Shown in pieces: positions 25,330-39,464 of a stretch of DNA of 64,000 bases. Made by a program: the position numbers and the translations under genes. Each line of letters opens with the position of its first letter. The stretch's first letter is position 1. The stretch spans positions 62,207,597-62,271,596 of the forward strand of contig CM074512.1 of assembly GCA_037379345.1 (NCBI GenBank). The letters run 5' to 3'. The notes under the pieces are model-generated. The model was not told the DNA's origin. It did not search any database and was given only the letters and a program-made list of their open reading frames with translations. This DNA is from Perna viridis. Lineage: Eukaryota.

Positions 25330-25981
25330 TCAGTGTCAAATTTCCGGTGTTCAATATCGTTTTGGTTTAATCGAGTGTTTCGATCGTTCCTTGACGATTT
25401 CAATTTGCTTTCAACTCGCATCAACATTAAACATTTCTCGGCGTTATCTGTGTCTGTTCGTAGTGTCACACTCTGTATTTACTGGAATTTTACTGTTGCA
25501 CCACACCATAGAAACAAATGAAGTTTGTTTTGCAGTTTTTTTTCTAAGATAGAGCATCTTGTCGTTTTTTTTTTTTAAATTCATATGAGTTCGAATATTT
25601 ACACGATCGACATTATATTTCCTGATTGGTTCGAATATCAAGAAATAAACAAGCAGTAAGACCCACGAAATACGACTCCTATACAAGAGGTACTAGTATC
25701 CTTTACTTGAATTCCAGTTTATACATTATTTTCTTTAATTTCAGGATTACTAATTTCACTGTGAGATTTTTATCTATTGGATACACTTGGATTTACTTGA
25801 TTGGTTCTGTTGTGGTGTAAATAGATTACCCCGTGGGATTATGAAATATTAATTGGAGTTCACGTTTGAGTGGCTAAAAGATGAAATAATTCATAAATAC
25901 TTGATTTGGATGTGAAATTCGTTTTCTAAAGAAAGATGAAACATTCAAACTGGCTGACTTAGTCACAGTTATCAGGTGAGT
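25330..25981 (+). other. Possible non-coding first exon ending at a consensus donor CAG|GTGAGT (25976)
   Basis: Inr-like TCAGT and ETS TTTCCGG at ~25330-25350, CpG-containing leader, strong donor. No ORF. Confidence 0.25.
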
Positions 25982-27841
25982 AAGTAAATAATTTCTCATG
26001 TTGATGGTTTAGAAAATATTTCTTTTTTTAAAAGTACGCTTTATTGTCCTGTCATATTGGTACTAGCCTGTATTTTTTACAGCTAGATGCATATATATAT
26101 ATATATATGAACAATAAGACGTTAGATTGCTTTTTCATTTCAAAATCTTCGTAGCCAAATTATGATTAATTTTGAAAACATTCCAACAATATTTGAAACC
26201 TTTCTGATTCAACTTAAAGTACACATCAAACCTTTTACTATGAATGAGTAAACTGATAAAAGAGAATATTATTCTGGAGTAAATCATAGAGTCATAATAT
26301 GGAATAAAAAGTCTGAAAATAGCTCCTCTTTTGAGATCTAGAGTGCATTTGAATGGCTATTCCTGCTGAAGAAAGAAGGGTCATTGAGAGAAAGCCTTTG
26401 AATATTGAATATTGACAACATCGCCATTTAACGCCTAGAGTTCTTTAGTACTAGTATGTTAGTGGCGAACAAAACCACATTTCACTGGGTCTGAATAGAG
26501 TCCATTTATACGTGATTGTTAAGGACCGAATTCTTTTCCTCAGCAATACACAATGAAGTTTTTAAACCTGCTTTGTAAACATATGATCATGTGGGCGGAA
26601 CGAGGATTAAACTTCGATTGACTGTTTAATAAAGTGTCACTTAACGTAAAATGAAACATTACAAAGGAGAAAACAAACTTGCCCACATCCTATGAAAGAC
26701 AACAAAGGGAAGGCAAATCTCTTTAGATGTTGTCAGTTATGGTACTTGAGCCAGAAGATTTGGGTTTGTTACGAGCTGGTGGTATAAGGATCTCTGTCAA
26801 ATGTTTACAATGTGTTCCCATGTTCTCAATACGGTCTCATTCTTGGGATCTACATGTGTTCAGGATTCATCATTGACACCAGTGTCAGGCGGCGCGGTTC
26901 TTTTAAAAACCATTCCTCATACTTTTGTAAATGTTTCTTTATACAAAAACGTCGCGGAAGATACTCACGGGTACGAAAATTTGTAATTACACGGACAAGC
27001 AGTGTGTTTTTTAAAGGAAATCTGGATTTATTCTTCCATTGAAACATACTGTTAATCTTCGATTACTTTCTTTTTATTCTGTTTGTCTTTCAGCGAGCAA
27101 TTTGCATTCCAATGGGTACCACTTGTGCAAAGCTTCTAATGGTACCCATTGGATTGCTCTGTATGTTCTCTCTAAAGGACTAAGCGTTTGTCATAACTTC
27201 AAAATAAAAAGCTGTTTCAGTAAACTGAGTAAACTTCTCGCTTTACTTCTTTAACATAAAAATTCTTATGCATCTTCTGGTTCCTAATACAATGCATCTC
27301 GGTAATGGTTAATATGGGTCTAACTGGAAATTTACCAAGAATAAGGTTTATTTTGTAACTGCTTTACGTCATAATTCGTTTCTCTGAATGGTCAACTTAT
27401 AAAGTGGCATTTAGCTCCATTTGAACAAAACAGCGCTATTGAATGTAAAGAAAAACGAGTATGGAACTAAACTCTCCCCAAAGTGATTCCTAATATTGTT
27501 AAGTCGATTAAAATTTAATAAGACATAAAATTAAGATTTTTTAAAACAATTACCTCTTCTTGTCACGCGTATATAAACAACATAATAAGCTGGTTCATCG
27601 ATTGGTTGATTTATCAATTACAGTACGCTTATCGTCCATTTGCAATTATTTCATGCATTTGATCTTCCAAGCTGAACCTGCTGCATACTGTAGTATGTAC
27701 AGTGTGTTATAGTTTGTATCGTTAGATCATATATCGGGTCAGAGTTTTAAAGACACTCTGTTACAGAACAGAGTGTAAGCGTTTCACAGATAGCTGGTCA
27801 CTCTATACTTAGACACATCAGTATGTCCCAAAACATTCATC

Positions 27842-28280
27842 GGGGCGGTTTCATGACCTCTTCCACTCGGGTTGAACAAAATATTGCTCGAACACACAGG
27901 CGGCTGTACGACCTTCGCTCGTGTTGAGCACTTAACCTATGGAGCGCACAGTCGACCCCGTGACCTGAGGACCTTTCTGCTAGACAAAGAGGCGGGTCAA
28001 AGACCTTCTGCAGTCAGACTCCTCTTCTATTGCACTCAGGTTGAGAACTTAACCGCTAGAACCGAAGCGGTTCTTAGACCTGTCGCATGCGGAAGGAGTT
28101 AGACGAGCTATCCCATTCGGGTCAAATACCCTTTCACTCGAATACAGAGGCGGTTCCACGATCTTTTGTACTCAAATCGAGCAATCTTTAGCTAAAATAT
28201 TGAGGTGGCTCCTAGACTTTCCGCACTCAGAGCACCCTGTCGCTAGAATGTCGAGGCGGTTCAATGACCCATACAATCGG
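27842..28280 (-). repeat. Degenerate ~55-bp tandem array derived from the 5' half of a tRNA-like SINE head
   Basis: Seven GAGGCGGTT-like anchors. A minus-strand unit reads AACCGC(C/T)TCGG..TCTAGCGGTTAAG.TGCTC....TGAGTGC.AAAGGTCGTGG. Confidence 0.7.
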
Positions 28281-28968
28281 ATTAATAAATGAAAGGTGCC
28301 TTGCTACATATTTGATATTTTTGCCATCGCCATTGTTTCTTTTAGATCATTTATATTAGTCGTTTTACAGTTAATGGAGAACTCATATTTTGAATTTTAA
28401 GTGGTACAAAACTCTGTGTTAAGAATTACTTGACTAGCAGATAGAGAATTACAACTATCTAACGTATGTTAAATGACCTGTTTGGCTCTAGTTCACAATG
28501 CAACTTAAACATTTAGCCCTTCTTGTTGACACTTAGAAGAATGCCATCAATTAATCGTTGGTGCATACATTTTCTTAACAAGTCTGTATTTCAACCTTTA
28601 AGCGCGCACTGTTTCAATAAGAATATATCAAAAATTTGATTTATCTCCATCATGTTGTCCTGAAATTATTTCTTTTCTAATATTTTTCTCACAGTCCAGA
28701 AAATCTTTCTTCTATTCTATCCGTAGTCCAAAAACTATATATCCGCAATATATGAGAAGATCGACTCTTTTCTATGCGCACATCCTTTAGTGCTCATATT
28801 TTCAGAGAGACATGCAGTTCTTTTCTATCGCAAATAGCGTTTGAGAAATTATTTCAATTATGAACCCTCCGAAACCCCCGCCATATGTGCTTGCTTGGTC
28901 ATCGTTTTATATTCTTAATGCTTCTCGTTTCTGTTAAAATGAGTTTGAGAGTGGAATTGCATGATTTC

Positions 28969-29125
28969 CTGTGGCCTACTAGTTCCAGAGGTTTCTAGAA
29001 ATTTCGAAAAGGGGCTCCAGAGGGGTTCCAACCTATTAATTTCTCATATTTGCCAAAATTGACACAAAACTAACAAAATATTCCAAGTTGTGTCCAACCC
29101 TTGGACCTTCGTTGATCCGCCACTG
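28969..29125. mobile_element. MITE family A, degenerate copy
   Basis: Right end GATCCGCCACTG. The interior (AGGGGTTCCAAC...ATTTGCCAAAATTGACAC) resembles the 17394 copy. Confidence 0.6.
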
Positions 29126-31228
29126 GATTCTAAATGCTAGCACGTACGTCCTACTCAGTGCGCATGTTGTTGACTATTACAAGCGAAACCATTAGAAATC
29201 TGAAATTCTTGGGAAAATATCTGTCGTCAACATTTAAAAGAATATTGGATGTTATTTTCATAGTAATAAGATTAAACCATGGACAATTTTCGTTGTACAA
29301 TAGGGCCTAACTTTTATTGTCGATCTTGTCCTGGAGTTATATATTTTCAGCGTTAAAATTGAAATCGTCGTATTTTTCATCGGCTTGTTCCTGTCTCCTC
29401 GTTCAATTAATAAAATTAAAACAACAATTTATCGGTACATCGATTAAACAGATTATGACATTTCTGAAAGTTTTAATATCGTCACTTTAATTAAATTCGG
29501 ATATGAGTTTTTTTTTCCCTTTTTTTGTATATTAGTTATTCGTAAGTCGTTTGTCTTAATTTTATAAATGCTTCTACATACACATTATTTTAGAAAAATC
29601 TGAAGCATCTAACCATCAAATATGAAATTATGAGAAAAAAAAATCTGAAAGAATTAAACTCCTCTGGGACTCATTTCTTTCCAAGAGCAACAAAATAGCT
29701 TACAGAACTCTAAAGAATAACATGTTTTTATAGAACTACAATATCTATTTGTTATGTGTTTTATTGAACAATCTGACGGAACATTTGATTGAATCCGGGA
29801 CTGTAGTTCTTTTTATCATAACCATTATGATCTAATACCCCTTTACATTAATATTTTATACAAATTTTATCTGTTGATATCAGTATAGAATCCCGATAGA
29901 AGAATTACAAAGGACTCCACGGGACTTGTTTACAAAACACAACAATGCGCCCTTAATAACTTTATAAGGGACAAACTAATATGAATTGAGTCAATTCCAA
30001 CACGCGCCTTGTTAAATATTAGTTTGAATTACGCCTTGTATTATAATACAAAAGTTAATATAGCTCTGTATTGGGCTGATACGATTGTATTCTCTTGTTT
30101 TCCCCTTTGAATAACATAAAACCCCATTCAGTGCTTTGTGTATCGTATTTCTTATGTTAGAGTATGTCATTTTATATCAATAGATTTAATTCAATCTGCA
30201 CACACTGCTTCTATACACAGAAAGAAAAGGTCTTAAGTTTATTATAAAGAAACTAAAGAGTCTAAAATCCTCTATTCAACATTCTTTATAATTGTCCTTT
30301 TATACTCTGGGCCTTATAGGACGAAAAACACAATGAGGCGATCATAAATAAACTCGACTAGCGATATATTTATTTCTGATATGAAAATGTTAAACTGCGA
30401 CTTGATGACGGGTTATTCTAAGGAAACAAAACCTTCCGTTTCTGTGTTGAAAACATTTTGAATTCTCTTTTTTCTTCAATGAATGAAGTCATATGATAGG
30501 GTCTATTGCTAGCTGTAAAACGATTGAAACTAGCTTGAAAAGGAACATTGTAACGGGTTTGGCATAGCTCTGCAAAGACTGAAAGGAGAGTCGTTTACAA
30601 GGGGATTTTTATCGCAACCACTGATAGTTACTTTTATATCATAATGAAAAGTTATAATGGCATTCAGGAACGTTCACAAAGATCTTACCATGTGGCTATT
30701 ATGACTTTCAATGAGAAAATGAATTGCTAGTGAAATTCCTCTTAGTCAGTGGGAATAGAGCTCATTTATGTTGGTAGAAGTCTGCTTTCAGACTCAGTGA
30801 ATATTGTTCTTGGCAAGGAAGCGTTTCTTGCTTCTATGGATCCGCTTTTTATTAGAATCGTGGGATATTTCTATAAAAAAACATTGGAGATTTCTATGAA
30901 TGTATTTCTGATAGAAATGGATTTACGTGCTAATCCTGGAGTTTAGTAGAATTCCTTTATCTTGGATATTTATCTCTATAAAGGTAAATTGGTTTTTAGA
31001 AAACATAGGCGTTCGGTGTGATAGTACTTAGAAATAGAAAGGTCACACAGACAGCTGAGAAACCATGAGAGTGGAAATTTAAACTAATAATTTTCTCGTT
31101 CTTATGTACTTACTATTGCTGAATTTGATATAATCATTTAATTTTGGCCAATTAAATTTGACAATCACGTAACTTGCACACCCGTTATTACATGTCTCGT
31201 CAGTATTCGTTCAATTAATTGTGAAATA

Positions 31229-31405
31229 TACGGTTACAGTAGCTCTCCATTATTACCTTATGAACTTCAGCGGTTACTCTTTGTGACCCTTTAAAGTGTA
31301 TACATACCTCCGTTTGAAGTTTCTTTGTAAAAATCGGATAAAAAGGTTACACTTATATATTTACCCAAGGACAAAAGTAGACTAAGACAGATAACTCTGT
31401 AACAT
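31229..31405. mobile_element. Degenerate MITE with TACGGTTACAG / GATAACTCTGTAAC ends
   Basis: Imperfect inverted ends. The same TACGGTTACAG start recurs at ~10686 and ~35520. Confidence 0.35.
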
Positions 31406-32454
31406 CAGTCTATAAGGTCTCAGTATCGTATTAATTTTCCCATAGACTTTTATAGTGAAGTGCATATTTTTAGGATTTTTAAAAAAATATGTAAATTGAT
31501 TCAATAAAACTTTCACTTATGTAGCATTTCTAAAGACATGTGAAAAAATAATTTCCCGGAAAGAAAATAGGGTGAGTCCACGAAGATCGGACAGAAAAGT
31601 AGTCTCGAACTATAAATAGCCATTTTCCCTACTTTCACTTTCGTTTTGCACTCACCAAACCAACCTTTTCAGTGGAACATTTTTATAATATCATGTTAGA
31701 TTTTCTTTTAAAAAAGTTCTTCATCTTACAGTGTGATGTTTGCTCTATTTTATAAGTCATTGTTCATATCTTTTGACAAAATATTAGTTTGTAGAGAGGC
31801 AAAAAGAAAATGCACTATATTTTTATAGCATCCATGTTTTGAGTACACTCGCTCAGGGATATGCAATACGATACTGGTACCTTAAACACAACGAACCTGA
31901 CTAAAGAGAGATAACTCTAGTTGGTATTAGACTTAACGTAAGGGAATTTTTCTATATACATATGGAACTAATATCGATATTTATCTAAAGAAAGAATATG
32001 AATCGGAAAACAAAAGCTAATGGAAAAAATATCAGGTAATCTCTTGTGAATTAAAATGATTAATTCTACGCGACTTTGAAACTTAAGAATTTAAGAACAT
32101 AATCGTCTTTTAATGTTGGCTTTTGTTTGTCACAAACATTATTATGTTTACACGACAATAAAATAGTTAAAATGACGGCACCTTTATTCCTAATAAGAGA
32201 AAAAATGCCTGCCTTGGTTGTTTGGGATAAAGCACCGTTTGAATCCACACTATAAACTTAAATTAAGTTTTTGACAAAATATCTCACATTCAAATGGAAA
32301 TCACCAAACTATAAGATACTGTCTGAATTGGTGCACGAGGTCACATAATCCATCCAATTTGATAGATTGTATATACTTTTGGTTAAATTAAACAACAGAA
32401 AATAAAACAAGATATAAGCAGACACATTTCTTGTCATGACGATATCAACAGCAA

Positions 32455-32489
<35 letters not shown>

Positions 32490-32508
32490 TGATTGATTGA
32501 TTGATTGT
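32455..32508. repeat. Compound microsatellite (AAT)n + (GATT)n
   Basis: Direct reading. Confidence 0.9.
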
Positions 32509-33924
32509 ATCTAAACGTCCAACAACATATATATCATGCGCTTTAGGACGAGAATATTTGATTAATCAAATTATTGACCCTGCTTTGTACTAGATGATCC
32601 TGATAGGAATTAAAACTCAGACATCAGTAGAGGAAAAAGGTCTCTGGACATATCAGTTTCTGAGATTTACTTCCATGTCTGTGTACACAATTATGCATTT
32701 GATTAAGAAGCTAATTTACACGAAAACATTTAACCTGTCTATACACCTGTCTTTCACGTATATATGGCATACGTTTAGGACAACAACCGGTGTTGTAAGG
32801 ATATGTTTAACGATGTAACTTTATTGTTATTGAAGATTCGGAGGCGTCGATTGTGGAGTGAGCGATCGCAAATTGAGTTTATACTATTGGTTGCAATCAT
32901 CAGTTCAAGAATGACAACGATAAATCCTTACATGCAACACAACTGTCATCAAAATTGTCTGTGAAAAAAAAAAACAAAAAACAATTGACAATATTGATTG
33001 TGTAAATATTAAAATACCAATCATAGACATTGCAAATTTCATCATGCTATACACGCGTTTCAGGGGTAATCTCGGCCGAAGCATTAGAACGATGCGACCA
33101 AATACTTAGGAAGTTCAGGTCAAAAATTAAAAGTTTATACAATCTGTACTCAAAACAACAATATCAAAATAGGAAGCCAAATCCAGCACCGATAAGTAAC
33201 TAAAGTAAGTAAAATGTGTTGCATAGTTGTGCGACCAAGCGTTGAAATAACCACGTTCCATCGTTACAACAAATGTCACATTAGAAGACGGTTCCTTTTG
33301 ATGTTGATAGGTCACTTTCTATATGACATATAAATATTAGATTTGATAAATACATTACAGTTTTTTTTCTAAAAGACCTCTGAATAGTTTTTTTCCTTTG
33401 AAGTTTTACCAGGCTGATATCTTTTATTGCCACCCCCTAAAACTTTCATTTTGTTTTAACCCTTACTAGAAGATGGTCAACAATTTTATTGTTATGTAGA
33501 GACCACACCGTTTCAACGGTCTTGTGTACAACGGAACTTAAATACAGTACTGATTCCACTGTCAGGTAGATTCCCTTCCCTTAAATGTTTGTCGCTGTCC
33601 ACGACTATATCCTGTGGTGCGCCAACTGAGATGATCAGGCACAGCCAGAAACCGACCGTTCACTGCCCCCTCTTTTCCGACCAGAAGGTTCCGCTATTTG
33701 CTTCTACGCTCTTCCAACAAACTTACTAATGGCCCGGTCAATTCAATGGACTCCTACACTCTTCGTTCAGTTTGGAAAACAAAGCTCTTCTGGGAATTTC
33801 GTGTGTCAAATTCTGGTATTTGGAAGCAGGTTTCTTATAGGTTTCTTCTATCCATATTCTTTAAGATGAGATTTTGTATCGCACCTCTAGTTTTCATATA
33901 TGTTTTTATTAAGTAAAATTAAAT

Positions 33925-34336
33925 TATATAGCTAAAAGCTGGTGTACGAACAATTAAAATGCTAACTGTAAATATGTAAAGAAAGGTAACTCTTATCTTC
34001 AAACTCAAAATCTACTTTATTATGTGATAAAGCTTCTTAAGGATATACTCGTTAAATGTAATTTTTATTGTGGAGCGGACAGACTGACAGAAAGATTTAC
34101 ATAAGATAGAAACAAACGTATGCCCGCTAATGGGTGAAAGGTCCTATATTTGAAACAATTTTGCAATGTTCTTGAATATAGAAACTTTGGTTTTAAGGAA
34201 AGTTACAACAGAAAAACTGGTTGGCTGTTGCATGAATGTGTACAACGGAATGTTATGTTTGAAGATAAGAGTTACCTTTCTTTACATATTTACAGTTAGC
34301 ATTTTAATTGTTCGTACACCAGCTTTTAGCTATATA
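33925..34336. repeat. Perfect 80-bp inverted repeat (33925-34004 / 34257-34336) with a 252-bp spacer
   Basis: The arms are exact reverse complements over 80 nt when compared base by base. Confidence 0.95.
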
Positions 34337-37300
34337 TTAGAATATATTAGAAGAATATATTAGAAGAATATTTTTTTCACTAATAACAAAAACAATCGAA
34401 GTTTTTGAAAATAGTTAAATGTTATGCCTCTCCTTTGGGTGGGGACCAGTCTGGTCTGATGATAGAGGTATTTCCATAGCAACGTTTCTGTCTTATGCAA
34501 ACGCACAAAAAGTAACAAGAAAAATCCTTGGGGATAAAACATCTTGCAATACAAATTATTTAAAATATTAATTATAAACTAGGGAAAATATTTTTTTTCA
34601 TGAAATTTCGCTTATTTCGATTAATTTATCGCTTCGGTCGGCCTGTTATTCTTTATTTCACCCTAACCTGAAATCCTGGATCTGTCACTATGTCCATAAC
34701 CCTGCCAGTAAATGCCTTTCAATAAAATAAATATATATGTACCGAAAACTTATCCGATCCATTTTCAAGTCAAGTCAAAAATAAATCTCAATATGTCAAT
34801 ATGTCAATGTAGACAGAATAGGTATATGGACTTGGTACAGGCATTTCAAACGAAATGGTGGGTTAAATCAAGGTTTTACAGCGCGCCAACCCCCCAACCC
34901 CCATTGCGGCTTAAATATACCGGTGGTGATTAAATAGCATTCGTATGCTATAGTCTCATAATAGGTAAATCAGTAGTCATATCAGTACAAAGAATAATTT
35001 GCAAAAAGCAATCATTACTCCAAAGGCAAAAAAAATTAAAAGTTTAACTGATAGGAAAATAAGATGACGATTTTTAAAACAAAGAATTTGAGGACAGGCG
35101 GTCTATAAAAAGTATATTGAAATTATTCAGGAAAACACTTGATTTTAAGTCCAGATTTCTAACTAACTGCTATTTATGATTCAGTTTCAGTTAGTTGAAA
35201 TCCTAGAGTTACCTCTCTTCCTATGTTAAAATTTTATTTATTTTTTTGTAAAAAGAGCCTTTGCAAATTCCGATAGTTGTCTTTCTTTGTATTAGAACAA
35301 TATTATGGTGAAGAAAATTAGATTTGTTATTAGGTTTTCCTTGTTTTTTCGCCTACCCATTTTAAAAAGGGATCTATTCGTAGAAAAAAATATTTACATA
35401 TATTGTTTTCATATATTAGCAAAATGTTTTAATATTACACGTAGTTAAAATCCATTCATATATCAGAATTTTTTTTATTTGAAATTATATTTAATATTTA
35501 TTGAATAATTGTGGATCTATACGGTTACAGTATCTCTGGGTGTTTGACAGGTTGTGTCTTTATAGTAGAAGCACCACTATAAAGAAAAAAAATAAGGGGA
35601 TAAAGTCTTCAAATGTTTGACAACTTACAAATAATAAAACTGAACCTACAATTTTATTTGTTAATATTTATGATAATATTCGAGCATATCTGTTAATATA
35701 GCCTATTCATAAATATATAGAATTAAAGATTTCTATTTATGAAAGTTTCGTGTAGAGAGACATCTGTGGAATTTGTTAATTAGACGTGCGAAATCAACTA
35801 GGTGCAACTGTCACCTGTTATAACAAGATCAACTTCTAATGAAAATGCTTTCAATTACGGTATATATTCAATTAGCACCCGGAGAATGTATGAATAGAAG
35901 TCGATTTGTCCGTGTTAAAGCCTTCCAATTATGGTCGGCTATAGCGGTAGAATTGCGTAACTTAACGGTCACTCGTGGCCATTTTCTCTCCTTAATCTGA
36001 TGTATGGAACCATTATACAGGGCAATAAATGATAAAAATAATGGGTGTTAATCGTATAGTCGGATATAAAATCACTGTGAGAAAAATACAAACACGCAAT
36101 CATCTTTACCCCCTGTCTTTTGTAGGTATTTGGAATTTATTTAGGAAAATGTCTGTAGATTTTTATGTCAAAATATATAAGTGGCCCTACATACACACAA
36201 TTAAATATTTAAAGGTTTTCTCGTCTGCTTGAACTTAGATTTGAATAATGTTTTAAAAAATTGGCATGAACATTTTTTTCACAAAATTGTTAAAATGCAT
36301 TTCTCCTTTTAACATATTCGACTATAAGCATGTGTTTTTGACAATTTAAAAACATGATCTTGTTATGGACTTGGGACTTCTATTTTTAATCATTAGGTTG
36401 AAGAATTCAGATCTTAATTGTTGTAAAAGTATGGAGTGATGAAATAGAAATTGATTGTTAAAAAAGTACACCCAAAACAAGCGCAGAATATTTTGGTATT
36501 ATTTGTTTTTGTTTTAAAGCAACCAATTCTCCACTATTCCATGAAAAAATCTCCTTTTCAATTTCTGTATTATTAAAAGGAAAACCCTTATGTCTACATG
36601 AACATGCAGTTTAATTCATTAAAGTTTAATTCAAATTACTTTACTGAACATCAACTTTTGACTTCCGTACTAATGTACATCTCCAAAGCCATAAAAGACT
36701 TTAAACTTTCTATTTAAGTCATTAAAATTTCACTATTGGAAAGTTTTTACTAAAAATTCCACCTTAATATACTTTTATGCAAATATTATGGGCTTCAATA
36801 ATATTACACGGAGCACTTAAGAAAACGATGTTTGTAGTTTGTTTTAATTTATATTTTAGAGTCGAAGAAATCCACAAAATATTAAATTTGCCGACTGTCT
36901 ACTTTATTGTCAACATTTAGCGAAATCCATGTAAACCATTTTCCAGGGTTTTTAGCTTACGAAATTAGGATATTTTCTATTGACTCTTAAAATTTGACAA
37001 TTTTCTTTATTTCGGTAGGATACTTACCATTTAATATAAATTATATAAAAAAAATCCTAATTTTAAAAAAGCTCTGTGAAAATTTTAGATCGGGGAAAAT
37101 GTTAAAATTCCAATTTATTTTTCTCATGTTAATTTTGACACCACTACTAGTTTTGACAGAATTCTACATGATAATAATTATGATATTCAAATCTTAAATC
37201 CCTAATTATGCCCTAAATACAAAGAAATATTATTCTGCTATATTTACTTAAGACGGGGTTAAAATTAAAGCATATGAAAATCACAAAATCTTCTTAACAT

Positions 37301-39323
37301 GAAAGAGCTTTTTACCAGGACGTACAAATTGTAGATTTTTTAGATTGAAACTCACGGGGTAATAATTTCTATCTTGTTCAGCATAGAAAAGAAAATAATT
37401 ATTTACCGAAATTCAAATAATGCTAACTGTTGAGTTATAGTAAACAAATAGTAAAAGTTATTATTCGATCTTTGGTGAAAAATTCAGTTGATTCAAACTC
37501 TTTTCAAAGGGCGTTGAAAAATGTCATAAAACGATTCGCTTGGGCACTCCGTAACAATTCTCTTTTATAAAAAGTTTATTTATTTTTCAAGTTCTCGATG
37601 TAATTTTCCCATATCTTGCTGTTTTGTTGAATTGAAATTCTATTGAGTTATTCAGTATTTATTGTGTGTCTAGTTCTAACTCTATTGCCTGCGGGAATCC
37701 TAGACCGGGGCTCGTTGCGCCGGTTTTAGGTGTTTGCTCAGTACACATTTGAGAAGACAAAAAATTTCATATCCCTTAGGAAGAAAGTCAAGATCGATTT
37801 TACTTGCTTTTATGTTAAAGTCGTTTCCATCAATTAAGATGAGTTTGTAAATATTCAGAAAAATATTATTTGTTTCTATATCAAAATTTGAAAATAGTAT
37901 ATTTTTTAGTATCCAAAAAATATTTGAATACAATAATACAAAATGCATTTTTTGCACTCTATTTTTAATTCAAACTACTGAATGCCTACTGAATTAAAAA
38001 AATAAAGATATTTTCTAAGTATACACAGTACAAGATCAGATTTTGCATCCCTTGTAATTATACGAATATTGAACCTATATGTTCGTCCCTTTAATAGCAC
38101 TGAATCAAGCGGATTCTTTTCTGTGTGGAAATTTATCCCTTTGGGGAAATTTTATAACGTTCTTGCACTTATTTCCGAACTTCAAAACAAAAACTTGTTC
38201 ACCCTTTATGCAACATACTAAAATTATACCCGTCATTCCTTGCACATTAATTTTTATTTGAATTTAAATAGATTCTTCTGAGTAATCATTGATAACAAAT
38301 AAGAATAGTTTTATAATGAATACTTGAGCTATAGAAGGTTGTCTGATATGCAATGTTTCATGGTTTTCTGCAGGTTATTTATATTGCGCACTGAACTCTA
38401 AACAAATATGTATGGCAATACAGCCAAAGGAAATAAACGCTTATGATCTGTATGGTGCGCTAATTTATTTTTTCTCTGGGTGTCATAAACACAGGTGTTT
38501 GTAGTATGTATATTCAATTTTTCTTCTGTGGACCTTGGATTCAAACTTTTTTTTCATAATTTTTAATATTAATAGAAGAAAATCATCTCTTCATTTTGTA
38601 TATATTATTCTTTCTACAAGCATGATTAGGTTTCTTCATTTGAAAAACAGATATAGATTTTGCATTTTTATTGAATGAACGGAGGGTACAGCTTAAGAAA
38701 ATCCCATTTCTTTATTCAAATCACGATTTTTCCGTATCTTGAATTCTATTAAAATATCATTGAGCAATATTATCATTTATAGCATTGCTAACAAAAGATG
38801 GAGAGATTTATACAGAAGCCTTTGTTGGCGATAACAATACTAGCGCTAGAGTCTTTGAGAATTTTGATATAAAACCTCACGAGTCACGGTTTGTGCTTTC
38901 AGCAGTCTATTATTGCCAAGTCTTAACAATTCCTAAGGGAATACATCATTTCACTGGGATCGGGAAAGACCTGAATAATATGTTGCTTTAGTATCAAGTC
39001 AGCAACAAGTCGAATTCTCAAGACATTTGGTTACAATCGCGGTCAATTTTATTCCAATAGTTTTGATCCTGTATTACATGGACCAGACACACTTTTCCGA
39101 CGATGTAGACTTCTATTATTAAGGGTTGAATCCTTTCAGAAATACGTCCTTTTTCATTCCTAATGTCCAACAGATGTAGGTCGTGCGTCTTTTTGAATTA
39201 ATACAGATAACAAGGTAAAATCCTTGTTTTGAAAGTGAAGTATTCCTTCGCTGTTTGGCGCCACTCATTTCTTTCTGTGTGCCCAGCGAGATTTGAAATG
39301 AGCAACTAAAATGCTTGCAAACA

Positions 39324-39464
39324 TGTGCGTGGACAAGAAACGAGTTCATGGGTTACTTTTATAAATTTTTATGCTGCTTTTCTTACAAACTACAGTGTGC
39401 GTGGACAAAGATACGAGTTCATGGGTTTCTTCTGTTTAATTTAATGCTGTTGTTCTTAGAAACT
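39324..39464. repeat. Tandem duplication, ~72-bp unit x2
   Basis: TGTGCGTGGACAA..ACGAGTTCATGGGTT occurs at 39324 and 39396. Confidence 0.85.

Noticed and set aside
26801-27047. Three overlapping ORFs in a GC-richer patch
   Set aside because: No homology recognised and no consistent splice sites.
38783-38991. ALLTKDGEIYT resembles cytidine deaminase or RCC1 segments
   Set aside because: The similarity covers only ~11 residues. No HAE/CAE or PCxxC zinc motif and no RCC1 repeat pattern follows.
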